Below, one piece after another: positions 27,419-41,803 of a stretch of 64,000 nucleotides of DNA. The position numbers were made by a program, and so were the translations under genes. Below the pieces are notes generated by a model. It worked only from the letters and a program-made list of their open reading frames with translations, ran no database searches and was not told where the DNA came from. The stretch is from the NCBI GenBank assembly GCA_951406725.2, contig OX597815.1, positions 150,660,001 to 150,724,000 of the forward strand, written 5' to 3'. The stretch's first letter is position 1. Each line of letters opens with the position of its first letter. The stretch is from Octopus vulgaris. Its lineage: Eukaryota.

Positions 27419-27454
27419 CTTTCTGTTGAAGAGCGTAGGCTCGAAACGTAAAAG
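27419..27454 (+). ncRNA. Hammerhead-like motif with one core substitution in a pLTR-like repeat
   Basis: CTTT-CTGTTGA-A-GAGC-gtag-GCTC-GAAA-CG-TA-AAAG. Confidence 0.65.
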
Positions 27455-27651
27455 ATTTTCTCACTTCCCGAGCGTTAAACTTATACACCCGACTTCGTCG
27501 CTTTGTTTGCATTTTTCTTTTTTGTAAATTCCAACTACATATACATAGACAGGCCATAACTATCTTTATCTAATTACTCTACTCCTCTATAACTTTGATT
27601 GTGCTTCATTTTCAGTTTTGGATTTACTGACAATATGTATATATATGTGTT

Positions 27652-27689
<38 letters not shown>

Positions 27690-27690
<1 letters not shown>

Positions 27691-28138
27691 TTTATTCTTT
27701 TATTCTTTTATTTGTTTTCGTCTTTGACCGTGGCCATGCTGGAGTACCGCCATGCCATTAGTCGAAGAAATTGACCCTAGGACATATTCGTTGTAAGACT
27801 AGTACTTATCCTATCGGTCTCTTTTGCCAAACCACTAGTTGACGGGGACGTAAACACGCCAGCATCGGTTGTTAAGTGATGATGGGGTGAGAAACAAAGA
27901 CACACAAATACGTACATATTTATATATATACACTCTTACTCTTTTACTTGTTTCAGTCATTTGACTGTGGCCATGCTGGAGCACCGCCTTTAGTCGAGCA
28001 AATCGACCCAGGACTTATTCTTTGTAAGCCCAGTACTTATTCTATCGGTCTCTTTTGCCGAACCGCTAACTGACGGGGACGTAAACACACCAGGATCGGT
28101 TGTCAAGCAATGCTAGGGGGACAAACACAGACACACAA

Positions 28139-28215
<77 letters not shown>

Positions 28216-28390
28216 TATAGATATATATACGACGGGATTCTTTCAGGTTCTTTCTACCAAATCTACTCACAAAGCTTTGATCGATCGGAGGCTATAGTTG
28301 AAGACACTTGCCCAAGGTGCCATGTGGTGGGACTGAACCCGAAACTATGTGGTTGGGAAGCAAACTTCTTCCCAGGCAGCCACTCCTGCG
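27690..28390 (-). mobile_element. Two SINE family B copies (partial 27690-27905; near full-length 27938-28390)
   Basis: Reverse-complement homology to 25207-25608. Confidence 0.9.
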
Positions 28391-28447
28391 TCTGTGTGTA
28401 TATATACATACACACACACACACATACACACACACACACACACACAT

Positions 28448-28501
<54 letters not shown>

Positions 28502-28693
28502 GTATGTATTTATATGTGTGTTTGTTTGTGAACATATATAAGCGTGTGAGTATATGTCCTTGTATGTATATAATCGAATGGAACACATTCAATAACCTAT
28601 ATATCTATATAGAAAGATAGATAGATACATACATACATACGTATACACATAATACAATACACACCCTCATACACACATATATACACATATACC

Positions 28694-28751
<58 letters not shown>

Positions 28752-29418
28752 TATATATATATATGTGTGTATGAACATATTTTTTCTACATATATGTATA
28801 CATATAGGCGCGCGCGCGTGTGTGTGTGTGTGTGTGCGTGCGTGTGAGTGTCTGTGTATTTCAGTGTGCGTGTGTATGCAGTATGGTCGGTTCCTACAGT
28901 CTGTAGATCAAACAATATCATATCAATTCTAACTACTCGAAGGTATTCAGCATCGATTTCTCATGAAAATCACGCCAATATTTGTTTGAAATCAGGTAAA
29001 ATTTAAATTTGCTGATCTGAACATCGTAAGTGCATTCCGATTACTTGTGCGTGTCTCATACTGAGAAAACCTCCGTTAGAATGAGTGTGAAAGTAGGTGC
29101 GTCCGTTAATTATCCGGATATGAAATATAAATATGATGCGGTACCTTTTGTATTTAAAATATATTTGTAAATATATGTGAATATGCGAGTGCGCAATTCT
29201 GTTGAGCGCACATACATACACATATTATATATGTATACATATGTATGCAAATATATATATATATATTTACAGAGAGAGGGGGAGAGAGAGAGACAGTGAG
29301 AGCGTGAGTGATATAAGCACAACGTGATATTGTTATTCATTTGTATCTCACAATTTCCTTAATAAACCAAGAAACGCACATATAGAGACACATACGTACC
29401 CTTACATACAGATATTAA

Positions 29419-29521
<103 letters not shown>

Positions 29522-29669
29522 CATATATATATACACACATACATAAAAGTATATTGATGGAGAGAATGAGAGCGGGAGCGAAAGTGATTTTTGTATATAT
29601 GCCGGTGTGTGTGTATAAATATTATCAAATGTTATAAACATGAATTTGACAAAATCATAAACATAATTG

Positions 29670-29732
<63 letters not shown>

Positions 29733-29882
29733 TTATATACACATATGTGAGCTTATTATGAGTGGACGGGAGTTTCTGTATTTGTGCGCGTGTGTGTTTG
29801 GATGGGTATAATAAAAAACTCTCAAAACTATAATTATATATATATATATATGAAATTCTGTCCCCCTCTCTCTTTCTGAATC

Positions 29883-29939
<57 letters not shown>

Positions 29940-30071
29940 ATATATATGGATATGTATATGTATTTATGTATGTATATTTATATGTCTTTATATATATATA
30001 TATGTTTGTGTGTGCATGTGTACATATACATTATTGTGTATATTGATAGGTAGATAGATAATGTGTGTATG

Positions 30072-30116
<45 letters not shown>

Positions 30117-30397
30117 ATAATATATATATATACATATAATATATATAGATAGATATATATAATATATGTATCAATATATATGTTTGTATGTATGTATGTA
30201 TGTATGTATGTATATACATAGACCTCTCTGTCGATGTCATATATATCTGTGTATGTTTCAGCGATAGAAAAACAAGAGAAGGTAACAGACAGTTTGTTAA
30301 TTAAAATAATCTGTACCTCCTTTTGTCTGTATACCTAGACACGATAGTGTCATATGCAGCTGCTCTACAAAATTTCTTGCTGAGTAAAAACACAATG

Positions 30398-30461
<64 letters not shown>

Positions 30462-30805
30462 TAGTAATAATATTAACAATGGCGGTTGAGGTAGCCAAAA
30501 TATTTGGCAGACATTAAAAATACTTGTTGGCAGTAGCTATTGTATTTGTGTTATATTATATTCTCCTCGAAACAACTCTGTATTGTCATTTCATACCAAC
30601 GGGAGAATGGGTTGATGTGAAATTCTGGTTTGAAGTGGTTCCTTACATTACGGAGTCTAAAAACACAATCAAGATGGACGAGTGGCTAAAGTTTTGAACT
30701 AGTTTCAAAAACCTTATCCGGCACACCTTTAGTCAAATACATTATTCCGACCGTGACTATCCAGTATTTTCCTAATTTTTTCTGCTGGTGTTGTGAATTT
30801 AATGC

Positions 30806-31210
30806 TGCAAGCTGGCAGAATCGTTAGCACGTCCGACAAAATGCTTCGCGGCATTTCATTTCTGCAGGTTCAGAGTTCGAATCCCGCTTAAGTCAACTTA
30901 CATTTTTTATTTATTCGGGTTTAATTAAATAATTCACCAACCGAGTTATGGGACCCACTTTTTTTCATTAATACTGGCCTAGTTCTACAATTGGTATGAA
31001 TTATTTTCAAGTCAGCAAACCAGCAGAATCGTCAGCACATCGAACAAAATGCTTGGTGGCAATTCTTCCGGCTCTTTAAGTTCTGAGTTCAAATCCTTAA
31101 GGTCAAATTTTTATCTTTCATCCTCTAGGGAATGATAACATAAAATACCAGTCAATTACTAGGATCGATGTAATCGAGTTGACCCCTCCTAATCACTGGT
31201 CTTGAACCCA
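30806..31210 (+). mobile_element. Two decayed SINE family C copies
   Basis: GCTGGCAGAATCGTTAGCACG head and GAGTTCRAATCC B-box-like motif, each seen twice. Confidence 0.7.
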
Positions 31211-31299
31211 ACAGCGAACCGACGTCCTGTCCAGGGAGAATGTTGTGAAAGGCTCAATTTTACATTTTCTTTTTTCTATGTATTTATCCTTTTTCTTTT

Positions 31300-31510
31300 T
31301 CTTATATTTGTTTCGGTCATTTGACTGCGACCATGCTGGAGCACCGCCATTAGTCGAACAAATTGACTTCAGGACTCGTTCTTTGTAAGCCTAGTACTTA
31401 TTCTATCGGTCTCTTTTCCCGAACCGCTAAGTTACGGGACGTAAACACACTAACATCGATTGTCAAGAGATGATGAGGGGACAAACACAGGCACACACAC
31501 ACACACACAC

Positions 31511-31586
<76 letters not shown>

Positions 31587-31762
31587 ATGTATGTATATAT
31601 ACGACGGGCTTCTTGCAGTTTCCATCTACCAAATCCACTCACAAGGCTTTGGTCGGCCCAGGGCTGTAGTAGAAGACATTTTCTCAAGATTCCACGCAGT
31701 GGGACTGAACCCGGAACCATGTAGTTTGTAAGCAACTACTTACCACACAGCCACTCCTGTCC
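31300..31762 (-). mobile_element. SINE family B, full length
   Basis: Reverse-complement homology to 25207-25608. Confidence 0.9.
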
Positions 31763-32848
31763 CTATATGAAGGACAATACTTTCTAATGTGTGATCACAT
31801 TGAAAACTTTTGATTGATCAATATATACGATGACTTGCTACATGAAGCAGTTAAATTGCCCATGTCCAATTGCCCTTGGGCAATTTAACTGTTACATGTC
31901 CAATTGCCCTTAGAAAAAGGGGAAAGGGTGCGTTAGATAATTTAGTCCTAGGTTGACTGTCTAAATTAGGAATATAAGGAACAAGTTTAATTCAAAGAGA
32001 AACTGAGCATGTTAAATGTGAGTCACCATGCTTAATTTAGTAAGTAAAAAATAATACAATTTTTAAGCAATTTAAATAATAAAAATAATGTGAAGAGACG
32101 TCAATAGTATTAATGATACTTCATATCTGAAGGAACAAGGGGGAGAACTTCGGTATTTTGAATGCTCATAAGCTATTCGGATAGTTTTAAGGTTAATAGG
32201 ATATAAGCATTTGCGGGTCGGGTGAGTCTGGCATTCATTTTTACTTTTATTTATTTTATTTTAGGTGGTAGGGTGTTTTGTAGCTGCGGTAATATTTACT
32301 CATATGCTTCGCTAACAACGTCTAATATCACCAAAGCTTGTCAGTAGATGTTACCATAACTACGACAGAAATCAGATTCACTTACCGTCTTATGCATATC
32401 GTCATTAAATTTCAGCCAATTCAAATTTCGTTGTTCTCTTCATTGCTTTTCTGAGATGAATTCTCATTAATACTAATGAATCTTCATCTCATTACTGGCA
32501 TAATTTCAACTGATTTTTAAATCATTTTCGGTTCAGCACTTTAAGAATGTTCGCCTGCAATTAACCACGTGTTCTTTATGCATGAGTAAACAGTGGATAA
32601 TTTTCTCAGTGTCATTATTTTAAATTACCTGATCAGCGAATTATTTTTACACCAAAACTGTAGAACCTTCAAGTCAGCGTCTACGAAACATATGTATGTA
32701 TAAATTATACAAATATATATATATATACACAAACACATGTATATATACATATACATATACACAAACACATGTATATATACGTATATATATATATATATAC
32801 ATATAAATATATATATATAAACGCACATACATATATATGTATATAATA

Positions 32849-32882
<34 letters not shown>

Positions 32883-33663
32883 ATGCAGTATAGCTGTGTG
32901 TATAAACATAAATTCGCATATATATAGTGCATAGTTATATGCATATAAATACATATACACACGCATAAATATAATTCATATCGATAAGAATATACACACA
33001 GGCCTATAACCAACATATACGCATATACGCACAAACATTTATAGATGGATAGATGTATATATAAACACATGTATAAACGATGTAGGCGTAACGTATTTCG
33101 TATATATGTATATGTGTGTGTGTGTGTGCGTGCGCATGCGTGCGTGTGTGTTTATTCAAAGCTGAGGAGTGTTCAAGAAACTCACAACTCTCAAAGTAAT
33201 ACGACTGTTGATTTTACATTCATTTTATTTCAATTTGAAAGAATATTTTTTCTCTCTTAGTGTTTGTGTGTATATTTGTATGTGTGTGAGTGTTTGTGTG
33301 TGTCTTTATTTTGTTTTTTTTCTATTTTTTATTCTCGTTCTCGGAGGTTGAAAAAGACGAAGTAATGGGAAATACACTGACTCCCCTCATATATAACCAC
33401 ATGTATACATATATATATATATTTGTGTGTGTGTGTATATATCTATGTCTGTGTGTGTGTGTGTGTGTGTGTATGTATATGATAAATGCATATACATAAT
33501 TTATATATATATATATATGAATATATATACTATTCACAAACGCACGCATGGGCATACACACACACGCATAGACATACATACAGACACGAGTGCACAAACA
33601 TTTATATATACTCACATAAACAACACACACTCAAACACACACACAAGCACACACATACATACC

Positions 33664-33705
<42 letters not shown>

Positions 33706-33775
33706 CATACATACATACACAAATACATACACACATACACACATACATACATACATACGTACGTAGGTAGCTAGG

Positions 33776-33889
<114 letters not shown>

Positions 33890-34287
33890 GGCAGACAGAA
33901 TATAGATATAGATATATATTCGCACATACATATGCACCAATACAAATACAAACTCACACACAAACACAAATCGTATCACAACCATAAAAAAATATAAGTG
34001 ATATACAATGAAACATACTTTATTATAAGTTTTATATGGAAGGAAAGCATCGTCCATTAGTTAAAAATATATGGAAGAAATGTATGGGAAAGAAAATTTA
34101 GCTGCAAGCTGAAAAAAAGTATCGCATACATTTCACCCACATACTGATACATACACACAGTCATACATAAGTTCGCTTTAGTATTTGCATGTATACATAC
34201 ACTCATATGTATGTATACATACCCCTTCGTTTATATATACAGTAGCACATATGTGTGCATGTACATACGCTTAACTGTACATATATA

Positions 34288-34348
<61 letters not shown>

Positions 34349-34460
34349 GCATACGCATACATATGCATGCACATACATGCGTGTTCGTATACAGAGACAC
34401 ATTTATATGCACAAATACACCCCACAACAATGGAAAAAATCAATAAAGAATACTATATAT

Positions 34461-34535
<75 letters not shown>

Positions 34536-34787
34536 TGTATGTATGTATGTATGTATGTATGTATGTGTGCATGAATTGCAGGTGCGGATTGGTGGTTAGG
34601 TGGGGAAGAACTCATATTGATTTCAGAGAGAATCAAATCTGTTATACGTTTTCTCGTATTTAAATTTTGTATTTTCCTGCGTATTGTTCTCTCTTTATTT
34701 CTCTCTTTATTTCTCTCTCTCTCTCTCTTTCTCTCTCCCTCTTTCTCTCTCGCTCTCTCGCTGTCTTTCTCTCTCTCTCTCTAATTG

Positions 34788-34831
<44 letters not shown>

Positions 34832-34880
34832 AATCCTTCCCTCTCTTTCTCTCTTATTCCTCCTTTTAACTATCTATCTG

Positions 34881-34953
<73 letters not shown>

Positions 34954-35161
34954 ATATCTATCTATCTATCTGTTCTCGTCCTCTAAGCTGAAATCTGTAT
35001 TCTTCTATCCGTTACTATTTCCATTTCTATTGCATAGGAAACTCTTCAGAACAGGCGAAAATAAAAGAAAATTGTCTTTTAAAATTTTTATGTATGTACT
35101 TTGTGCGCGTGAATGTTTTTCTTTCCTTTCTCTGTTCAGAAATGGATGTTGTTTTCTTTAT

Positions 35162-35236
<75 letters not shown>

Positions 35237-35731
35237 GTCTTTCTCTAATTTCTTTAAATTTATAAATGAAAATTAGAGATCGACGAAAGCTGCTCACATG
35301 CTAAAGAACCAGCAGCCGACACAATGGTGATATTTCTGGCTCTGTACTACTTTTTCTCGGCTAACATAATGACTAAAATACATAATATGTAGGGAGAGAA
35401 CCTTCCCCTGCTTTTTCGATCATTTAGAAATAGTAGCCAGTTTTTTTGTAAATCACAACTTTACGTCTTAAGAAAGAACCACAAACTGTCATTGCAATTC
35501 GAGATGAAGAAAATGTCGGAAGGATCACGGTTTTAAAAGGGTCTTGATCAGCTTTGCTCATAAGTTTAATGTGTCAAAGTCGGCCTGGGTTTAAACAGTA
35601 GAAAATTACATAAGGGATCATCAGGGGAACACTTTATTGCGTTATGGTATGCAGATCATTTGTGCAAGCTAAATACGCACACACACACAAACACTCACGT
35701 GCGCGCGCACAAACACATACATGCATACGTA

Positions 35732-35765
<34 letters not shown>

Positions 35766-37099
35766 CATATATATATATGTGTGTGTGTGAATGTGTGTGT
35801 GTGTGTATAAATAATACACATTAAGACTAATACAAAACAATCAACTACAGACAAAAAAAACCTGAGCTTGTACACAACAGGATCGATCACGTTTTTTTAA
35901 AAAGAAAGCAACACATAGAATGACCGCACATAGAATAAATTGATTTATTTTTTAAGACACTGAAAATACAAGAAAACCCAATAAACATGAAAGCATTATG
36001 GGAGCACGCCAAAATATAAGCAGACGAGAGAACAAAGAAAATAAATGTAAAAGATGATAAAGCTCCCATTAATTGTCACGGAAATATATTGCAAAATACA
36101 TAGGTATGACAAACGTATACTTTCGACACAACATCTAAGAATAGTCATAATGAAAATACACATCACAACACATCGGTCAAAGTTCACATTGAAGAGGACC
36201 TAGCAGAAACTATAACATAAAAATGAAATCGGTGAACGCGGATCAAGAGAAACCCTTGCCTAACCTACCCACGAAGAAGCAACTCTAAAGAGGAACAGAT
36301 ATACGTAACGAGGTTCTGCAGAAGACTTTGTTTAGGAAGTGAACAAATAAACAAACCTAATACGGATACGGGGGAATGGTCTAATCTCTTCAGTAGCTGT
36401 GACAGTACCGAGTGTAATCTGGTTTCATCCTCAAGCAGTAAGACTCTCACCATACAAACGGCACTAAACGATGAGAAAAGTATATCTATTTGTGTGCAAT
36501 ACCTACAGACGGTGACGATCTGGTACCTCCAGGCCAAACTCTGGAGATTCTCGATTTTTCTGGGTAAAATGCAACGGAAATTTCCTGTTGCCTTCTTCCG
36601 GTTTATTTGTTGTTTTTTTGTTATATGTCTCCTGCTTCCCAAACTTTCCCTTGGTATACAAGGTGCATTCAACCTTTGAGCACGGGATTGGACTAATTCG
36701 CATGATATCAGAATGCGTCAACAGAATAGTGCGCATGTGTAAAACGTATAAAGGAGCCAGCGTGCTTCTGCATGCCTTAATAAAAGGACTAGTTTTTGTT
36801 AATTGCCCCATGACTGGGCCCTTCATAGATATTGCCATCTCGAATCAGAGTGGAACCGGGGGTTGTGATAACTAACGGGTAACTACATACTCCTCAAAAT
36901 CTTTGAACCCATGAGCTGGAGATTCATTTCCAGATACAGCTAATGTCTTGCCCAGAACAAAAAGAATGAAATATACTATACGAAATTGGGAAACAATTTT
37001 TCCCCTTAGCAAAATGGAAAAACATGGCGGTTTAATATGAAGATGTAAAAAAAAAAAGAGAACATGGCGGTTTAATATGAAGAAGTAAAAAGAAATCAA

Positions 37100-38030
37100 A
37101 TAATCAAAGCGTAATATCAATAAAATGAAGATTCCATGGTGATAAAAGACATTTTAAACGAATCATATCAGGGAAAATATGCACGAAAAGACGCTTCGAT
37201 AAGCGTGAGCAGTTTTTCCGAGAGTGAGAAGTATTTCAATCAAATACCTAAGTAGTTTAAAAGACCACTAGTAAAAGAAAAATAATATGGATGAGACAAC
37301 ATCAACAGTATTACAGTGGTACTGCTGGGTGGGGAGGGGTGGAAGATAAAAAAAACTTGCAGCACAATGGGAAAGAGTAATGATTTAGATGGTGAAATTG
37401 TTTAAAAAGATGAAAGATGCAACAGAACAGCAAAATCTGGACCAGCATAACTTACAGGGAATTCAGCAACACGATAAAAGCAGAAGAGAGCTAGAAATTC
37501 CCTTGGATTGACAGTATCTGACTGAATAACTGAGTCAGTGCTCTTGAATATGTGGTGACAGCATTTAATAAAATTAATGAACGTGCATGAAACAACAGAT
37601 GAGTCATCAGCAGAAAGGAAATCAATATCGATTCCCCAAAACCGAAAGCGTTAGAGACATCTAAAAACTACAGGTCTATAAGTTGACTAAAAGCAACATA
37701 GAAATACCTTACATCTTGCATCCCACATCAAGAATAGCATAACGTCTTACTATATAAGAGCAGGAAGGATGCGGGAAAGAGATGGATGGATGGATGTAAA
37801 GAACAGCTGCTGGTAAATTGAACAATTATCGAAGACATCAAAATGACAAAAAACTAAATAATAATAAAACTTTCCATAGCACATATTGATTAGAGGATAA
37901 AAAAGTATCTGATTGCATTCCAACGAAAAAAATATCACAACGCAACAGATACACTTACACAACTCGCTCAACACGAACAACTCAGGAAATTTATAATGAG
38001 AGCCATTAAGCAGCTGAAAATGGGTTGTCT
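37100..38030 (+). mobile_element. Old, decayed R4/Dong-like LINE RT remnant (may extend from ~35900 to ~39430)
   Basis: Residual motifs PGLDSI (~37500), KNYRSIS (~37665) and GCKEQLLVN (~37792) are collinear with the younger RT at 43800-44150. Confidence 0.55.
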
Positions 38031-38039
38031 GTGTTTGAT

Positions 38040-38326
38040 GTTTATTCGTTTACTTGCTTCAGTCATTAGACCGCGGCCATGATGGGGCACCGCCTTGAAT
38101 ATTTTTTAGTCCAACGAATCGACCCCGGTACTTATTTTCCAGTCTGGTATTTATTCTCTTAGTCTCCTTTATAGAAACGCTAAGTCACGGGGTCATAAAC
38201 ACACCAACACCTGTTATCAAGCGGTGGTGGGGGACAAACACTGACACTAACACACACACATACACACATACACATACATATATATACATATATATATATA
38301 TACATACACACACACACGCATACACA

Positions 38327-38378
<52 letters not shown>

Positions 38379-38690
38379 CATATTTGTAATTCTGTAATAT
38401 AATATGTGACAATTATTGGGCTGTCATGATAAAACTCCGAGTTTCGGATGTCGAGGCAGAAATCTGCTCCGGCATCTCGTCCGTTATTAAGTCAAACAAA
38501 AATGCTATGAGGTTTATTACGGCAGCCAAATAATAATTGTCACATATTATATTACAGATAAATTCCTCTATTTACATAATATCGAGGTAAGATGAGCTTA
38601 TTTTAGTTTCCGTCTACCACTCTACGCAGTGGGACTGAACCCGAAACCATTTTGTTAGGAAGCAAACTTTATACCACACAGGTATGCCTG
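38040..38690 (-). mobile_element. SINE family B interrupted by a fold-back element
   Basis: The tail lies at 38040-38250 and the head at ~38605-38690, with an insert between them. Confidence 0.8.
38391..38558 (-). mobile_element. Small fold-back element containing a near-intact hammerhead (38429-38487, minus strand)
   Basis: Arms are 38391-38437 and 38509-38558. The minus strand reads ATAA-CGGACGA-[GATGCCGGAGCAGA-TT-TCTGCCTCGACATC-C]-GAAA-CTCGGAG-TT-TTAT. Confidence 0.7.
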
Positions 38691-39434
38691 AGCCAGTGTG
38701 TTGTGTGTATTGCATGTGTATGTGTATATGTGTGTGTTGTAGTTGTTGATGTTTACTGTGAATGTTGGGTTTTTGTATTCTCATAGCTTCTAAAATATCT
38801 TTCACGAACTTCTAGTTCTTGTGGCGTCAAACTTATTTAGGAAGTTCTTGATTAACTGGTTTGCGGTGGTTTTTGTTGCATATACAATATTTTACCATAC
38901 ATCGAAACTGCATGATTGTCCCTCATTGATATTCTAATTAAGTTAAGGATTGTTTTATTTAGGGATCTCTATTTCATAGTGATTTTGTTGCACGTTATTT
39001 ACAGTATCAATTGAATAACTATAACACAACCCACACAATACATATTCTCTGCAACCACCCACTTAAATTATAACACATAATACTACACATACAAAATCCA
39101 ACCACCGGCGAACAAAATAACACAAATAATATAGAATTATTCATAGAAGAACGATCGCGCTAACACTGGAAGTAACAAAGTAAATTCCACATAAAAGCAT
39201 TGGAGATATATTACGCAATAGCACAACCCTTTTGTTTTTAAGACAATGCTGCAGGAACATCGGGAAGAGAGAGACACTGCACTTGGTAATGTAGCAGAAG
39301 TTCACATGAAACTTGAGCGTAGGATGATATTAATATACAGCAAAGAAAAATGATGCATATTTCCAATGTTGCGTAATATGCAGAGCTGCACCTGATGATG
39401 CAAGAAACTTGCATGAAACTAATCAAAAGATCAT

Positions 39435-39436
<2 letters not shown>

Positions 39437-39505
<69 letters not shown>

Positions 39506-39584
39506 TGATAATAATAATATTAATAATAATAATAATATTGATATTAATAATAATAATAATATTAATAATAATAATAATATTGAT

Positions 39585-39654
<70 letters not shown>
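39437..39654. repeat. (AAT)n microsatellite, first of the arrays separating the Dong-like inserts
   Basis: Direct observation. Further arrays occur at about 40199, 40654, 41506, 41764, 43433, 46208, 47550 and 48180. Confidence 0.97.
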
Positions 39655-39655
<1 letters not shown>

Positions 39656-40195
39656 GCTATGCCAACATTATGGAATAACAACAGAAAAAAGATGGTATAG
39701 GCACACACCAGAAAAGGTCACAGAAAACGAGAAAGCAACCATACTCTGGGATATGCCGATACACACAGATAGAGAAATTAAGGCCAAGAAACCAGATATA
39801 GTTGTCAGAGATCATGAAGAAAAAAATGCTTTCTAATTGATGTATCAATACCGGCAGATGACAACGTGTCTCTAAAAGAAATGGAGAAACTCTCAAAATA
39901 CAAAGACCTGGAAATAGAGATAATTAGAATGTGGAACCTGAAAACAGAAACAATTCCTATCATAGGTGCATTAGGCATGATAAAAAATATTCAGACAAAT
40001 ACATAACAAAAACACCAGGACTTACAAACACATATAACATACAGAAAATTGCACTACTAGGCACTGCACACATCCTACGCAGAACACTTTCCATACAATA
40101 ACCATCAGAGCATCACAACAAATCACAGCACATACCCAAAGCACACAGAGCTGCGCTCGGTAGTGAAGTGAAAGCACGCTATAAAAATAAAACTA

Positions 40196-40200
<5 letters not shown>
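39654..40200 (+). mobile_element. R4/Dong-like LINE subfamily A, 3' fragment
   Basis: Restriction-like endonuclease region (KPDIVV..LIDVSIP..KLSKYKDLE). The 3' UTR ends AAAACTACTG followed by (AAT)n. Confidence 0.9.
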
Positions 40201-40265
<65 letters not shown>

Positions 40266-40288
40266 TTAATAATAATAATAATATTGAT

Positions 40289-40376
<88 letters not shown>

Positions 40377-40380
<4 letters not shown>

Positions 40381-40651
40381 CAGGAAACCCAAAATGGCAG
40401 AAATTCAAAACATAGTGCAAATGGGAACTGCTCATATCCTACGCAAAATACTTTCTATGTAATCTCAAGTTTTAAAACAAACATAATTTTCGTATGTTTT
40501 TTTTAGACATTCACTAGTACAACACTAAATATAAAACCAAATATATTGCACACTAGGCATAACAACAACATGAACTTCCAACATGTTGTCTCTTGAGGTC
40601 TTTGGGTGGGACTTGGAGCCAACTTGTACAAATGTAAAGCAAAAGTCAAAC

Positions 40652-40655
<4 letters not shown>
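40377..40655 (+). mobile_element. R4/Dong-like LINE subfamily B, short 3' fragment
   Basis: Near copy of ~43155-43432, flanked by (AAT)n. Confidence 0.9.
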
Positions 40656-40750
<95 letters not shown>

Positions 40751-41501
40751 TAATCTGACATAGAAAGACTATATACACAACGTATAGAAGGTGGTAGAGG
40801 CCTTATACAGCTGGAAAACTACTATAAAATAACCACCATAGGACTGCAAAAATACCTACTTCAGAAGGAAGGAAAACTGATCCAGATAGCAGCAAAACAC
40901 GAGCAAAACAAAAACTGTTCTCAGTATTTAAGGAAGCTGACAAATACAAACAAGAAATCATACCACCTAATAAACACAAAGAAGAAGAAGATGATGAAGA
41001 AACAACAAAAGCTATAAAACAAATGAAATCCAAACTAAAAATAGAACAGCAACGAGCCATGATAAAACGATGGCAAGAAAAGCCCCTTCATGGTAAATAC
41101 TGCACTAAACTAAACGCAAAAGAAATAGACAAAGAAAAATCCCAGCAATGGTTGAGAAGCTCAGGACTCAAAGCAGAGACAGCAAAGAAATGGAGAAACT
41201 CTCAAAGACCTGGAAATAGAGATAACTAGAATGTGGAACCTGAAAACAGAAACAATTCCTATCATAGTAGGTGCATTAGGCATGATAAAAAAATATTCAG
41301 ACAAATACGTAACAAAAACACCAGGACTTACAAACACATATAACATACAGAAAATTGCACTACTAGGCACTGCACACATCCTACGCAGAACACTTTCCAT
41401 ACAATAACCATCAGAGCATCACAACAAATCACAGGACATACCCAAGGCACACAGAGCTGCGCTCGGTAGTGAAGTGAAAGCACGCTATAAAAATAAAACT
41501 A

Positions 41502-41506
<5 letters not shown>
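40751..41506 (+). mobile_element. R4/Dong-like LINE subfamily A fragment with internal deletion
   Basis: Matches ~44982-45458, then jumps to ~45882-46208. Confidence 0.9.
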
Positions 41507-41574
<68 letters not shown>

Positions 41575-41580
41575 GTAATC

Positions 41581-41761
41581 ATTTTCTATTATAGGCACAA
41601 GGCGTGAAGGTTTAGGAGAGGGGACAAATCGAGTTCATCGGCCCCAGTACTTGACTAGTACTTAATTTATCGACCCCCCCCCCCCCGAAAGGATGGAAGG
41701 TAAAGTCGACCTCGGCAATGCATTTCGCCCGGCATTCCAACGATCCTGCCAGCACGCCGCC

Positions 41762-41762
<1 letters not shown>
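41581..41762 (-). mobile_element. SINE family C (internally deleted) within an (AAT)n array
   Basis: Contains TTTATCGACCCC..GAAAGGATGGAAGGTAAAGTCGACCTCGGC. Confidence 0.8.

Positions 41763-41802
<40 letters not shown>

Positions 41803-41803
<1 letters not shown>

Noticed and set aside
32629-32680. 52-nt minus-strand segment with AG/GT borders, plus a strong donor-like GTAAGT near 32380
   Set aside because: There is no recognisable protein and such signals arise by chance. RNA-seq is needed.
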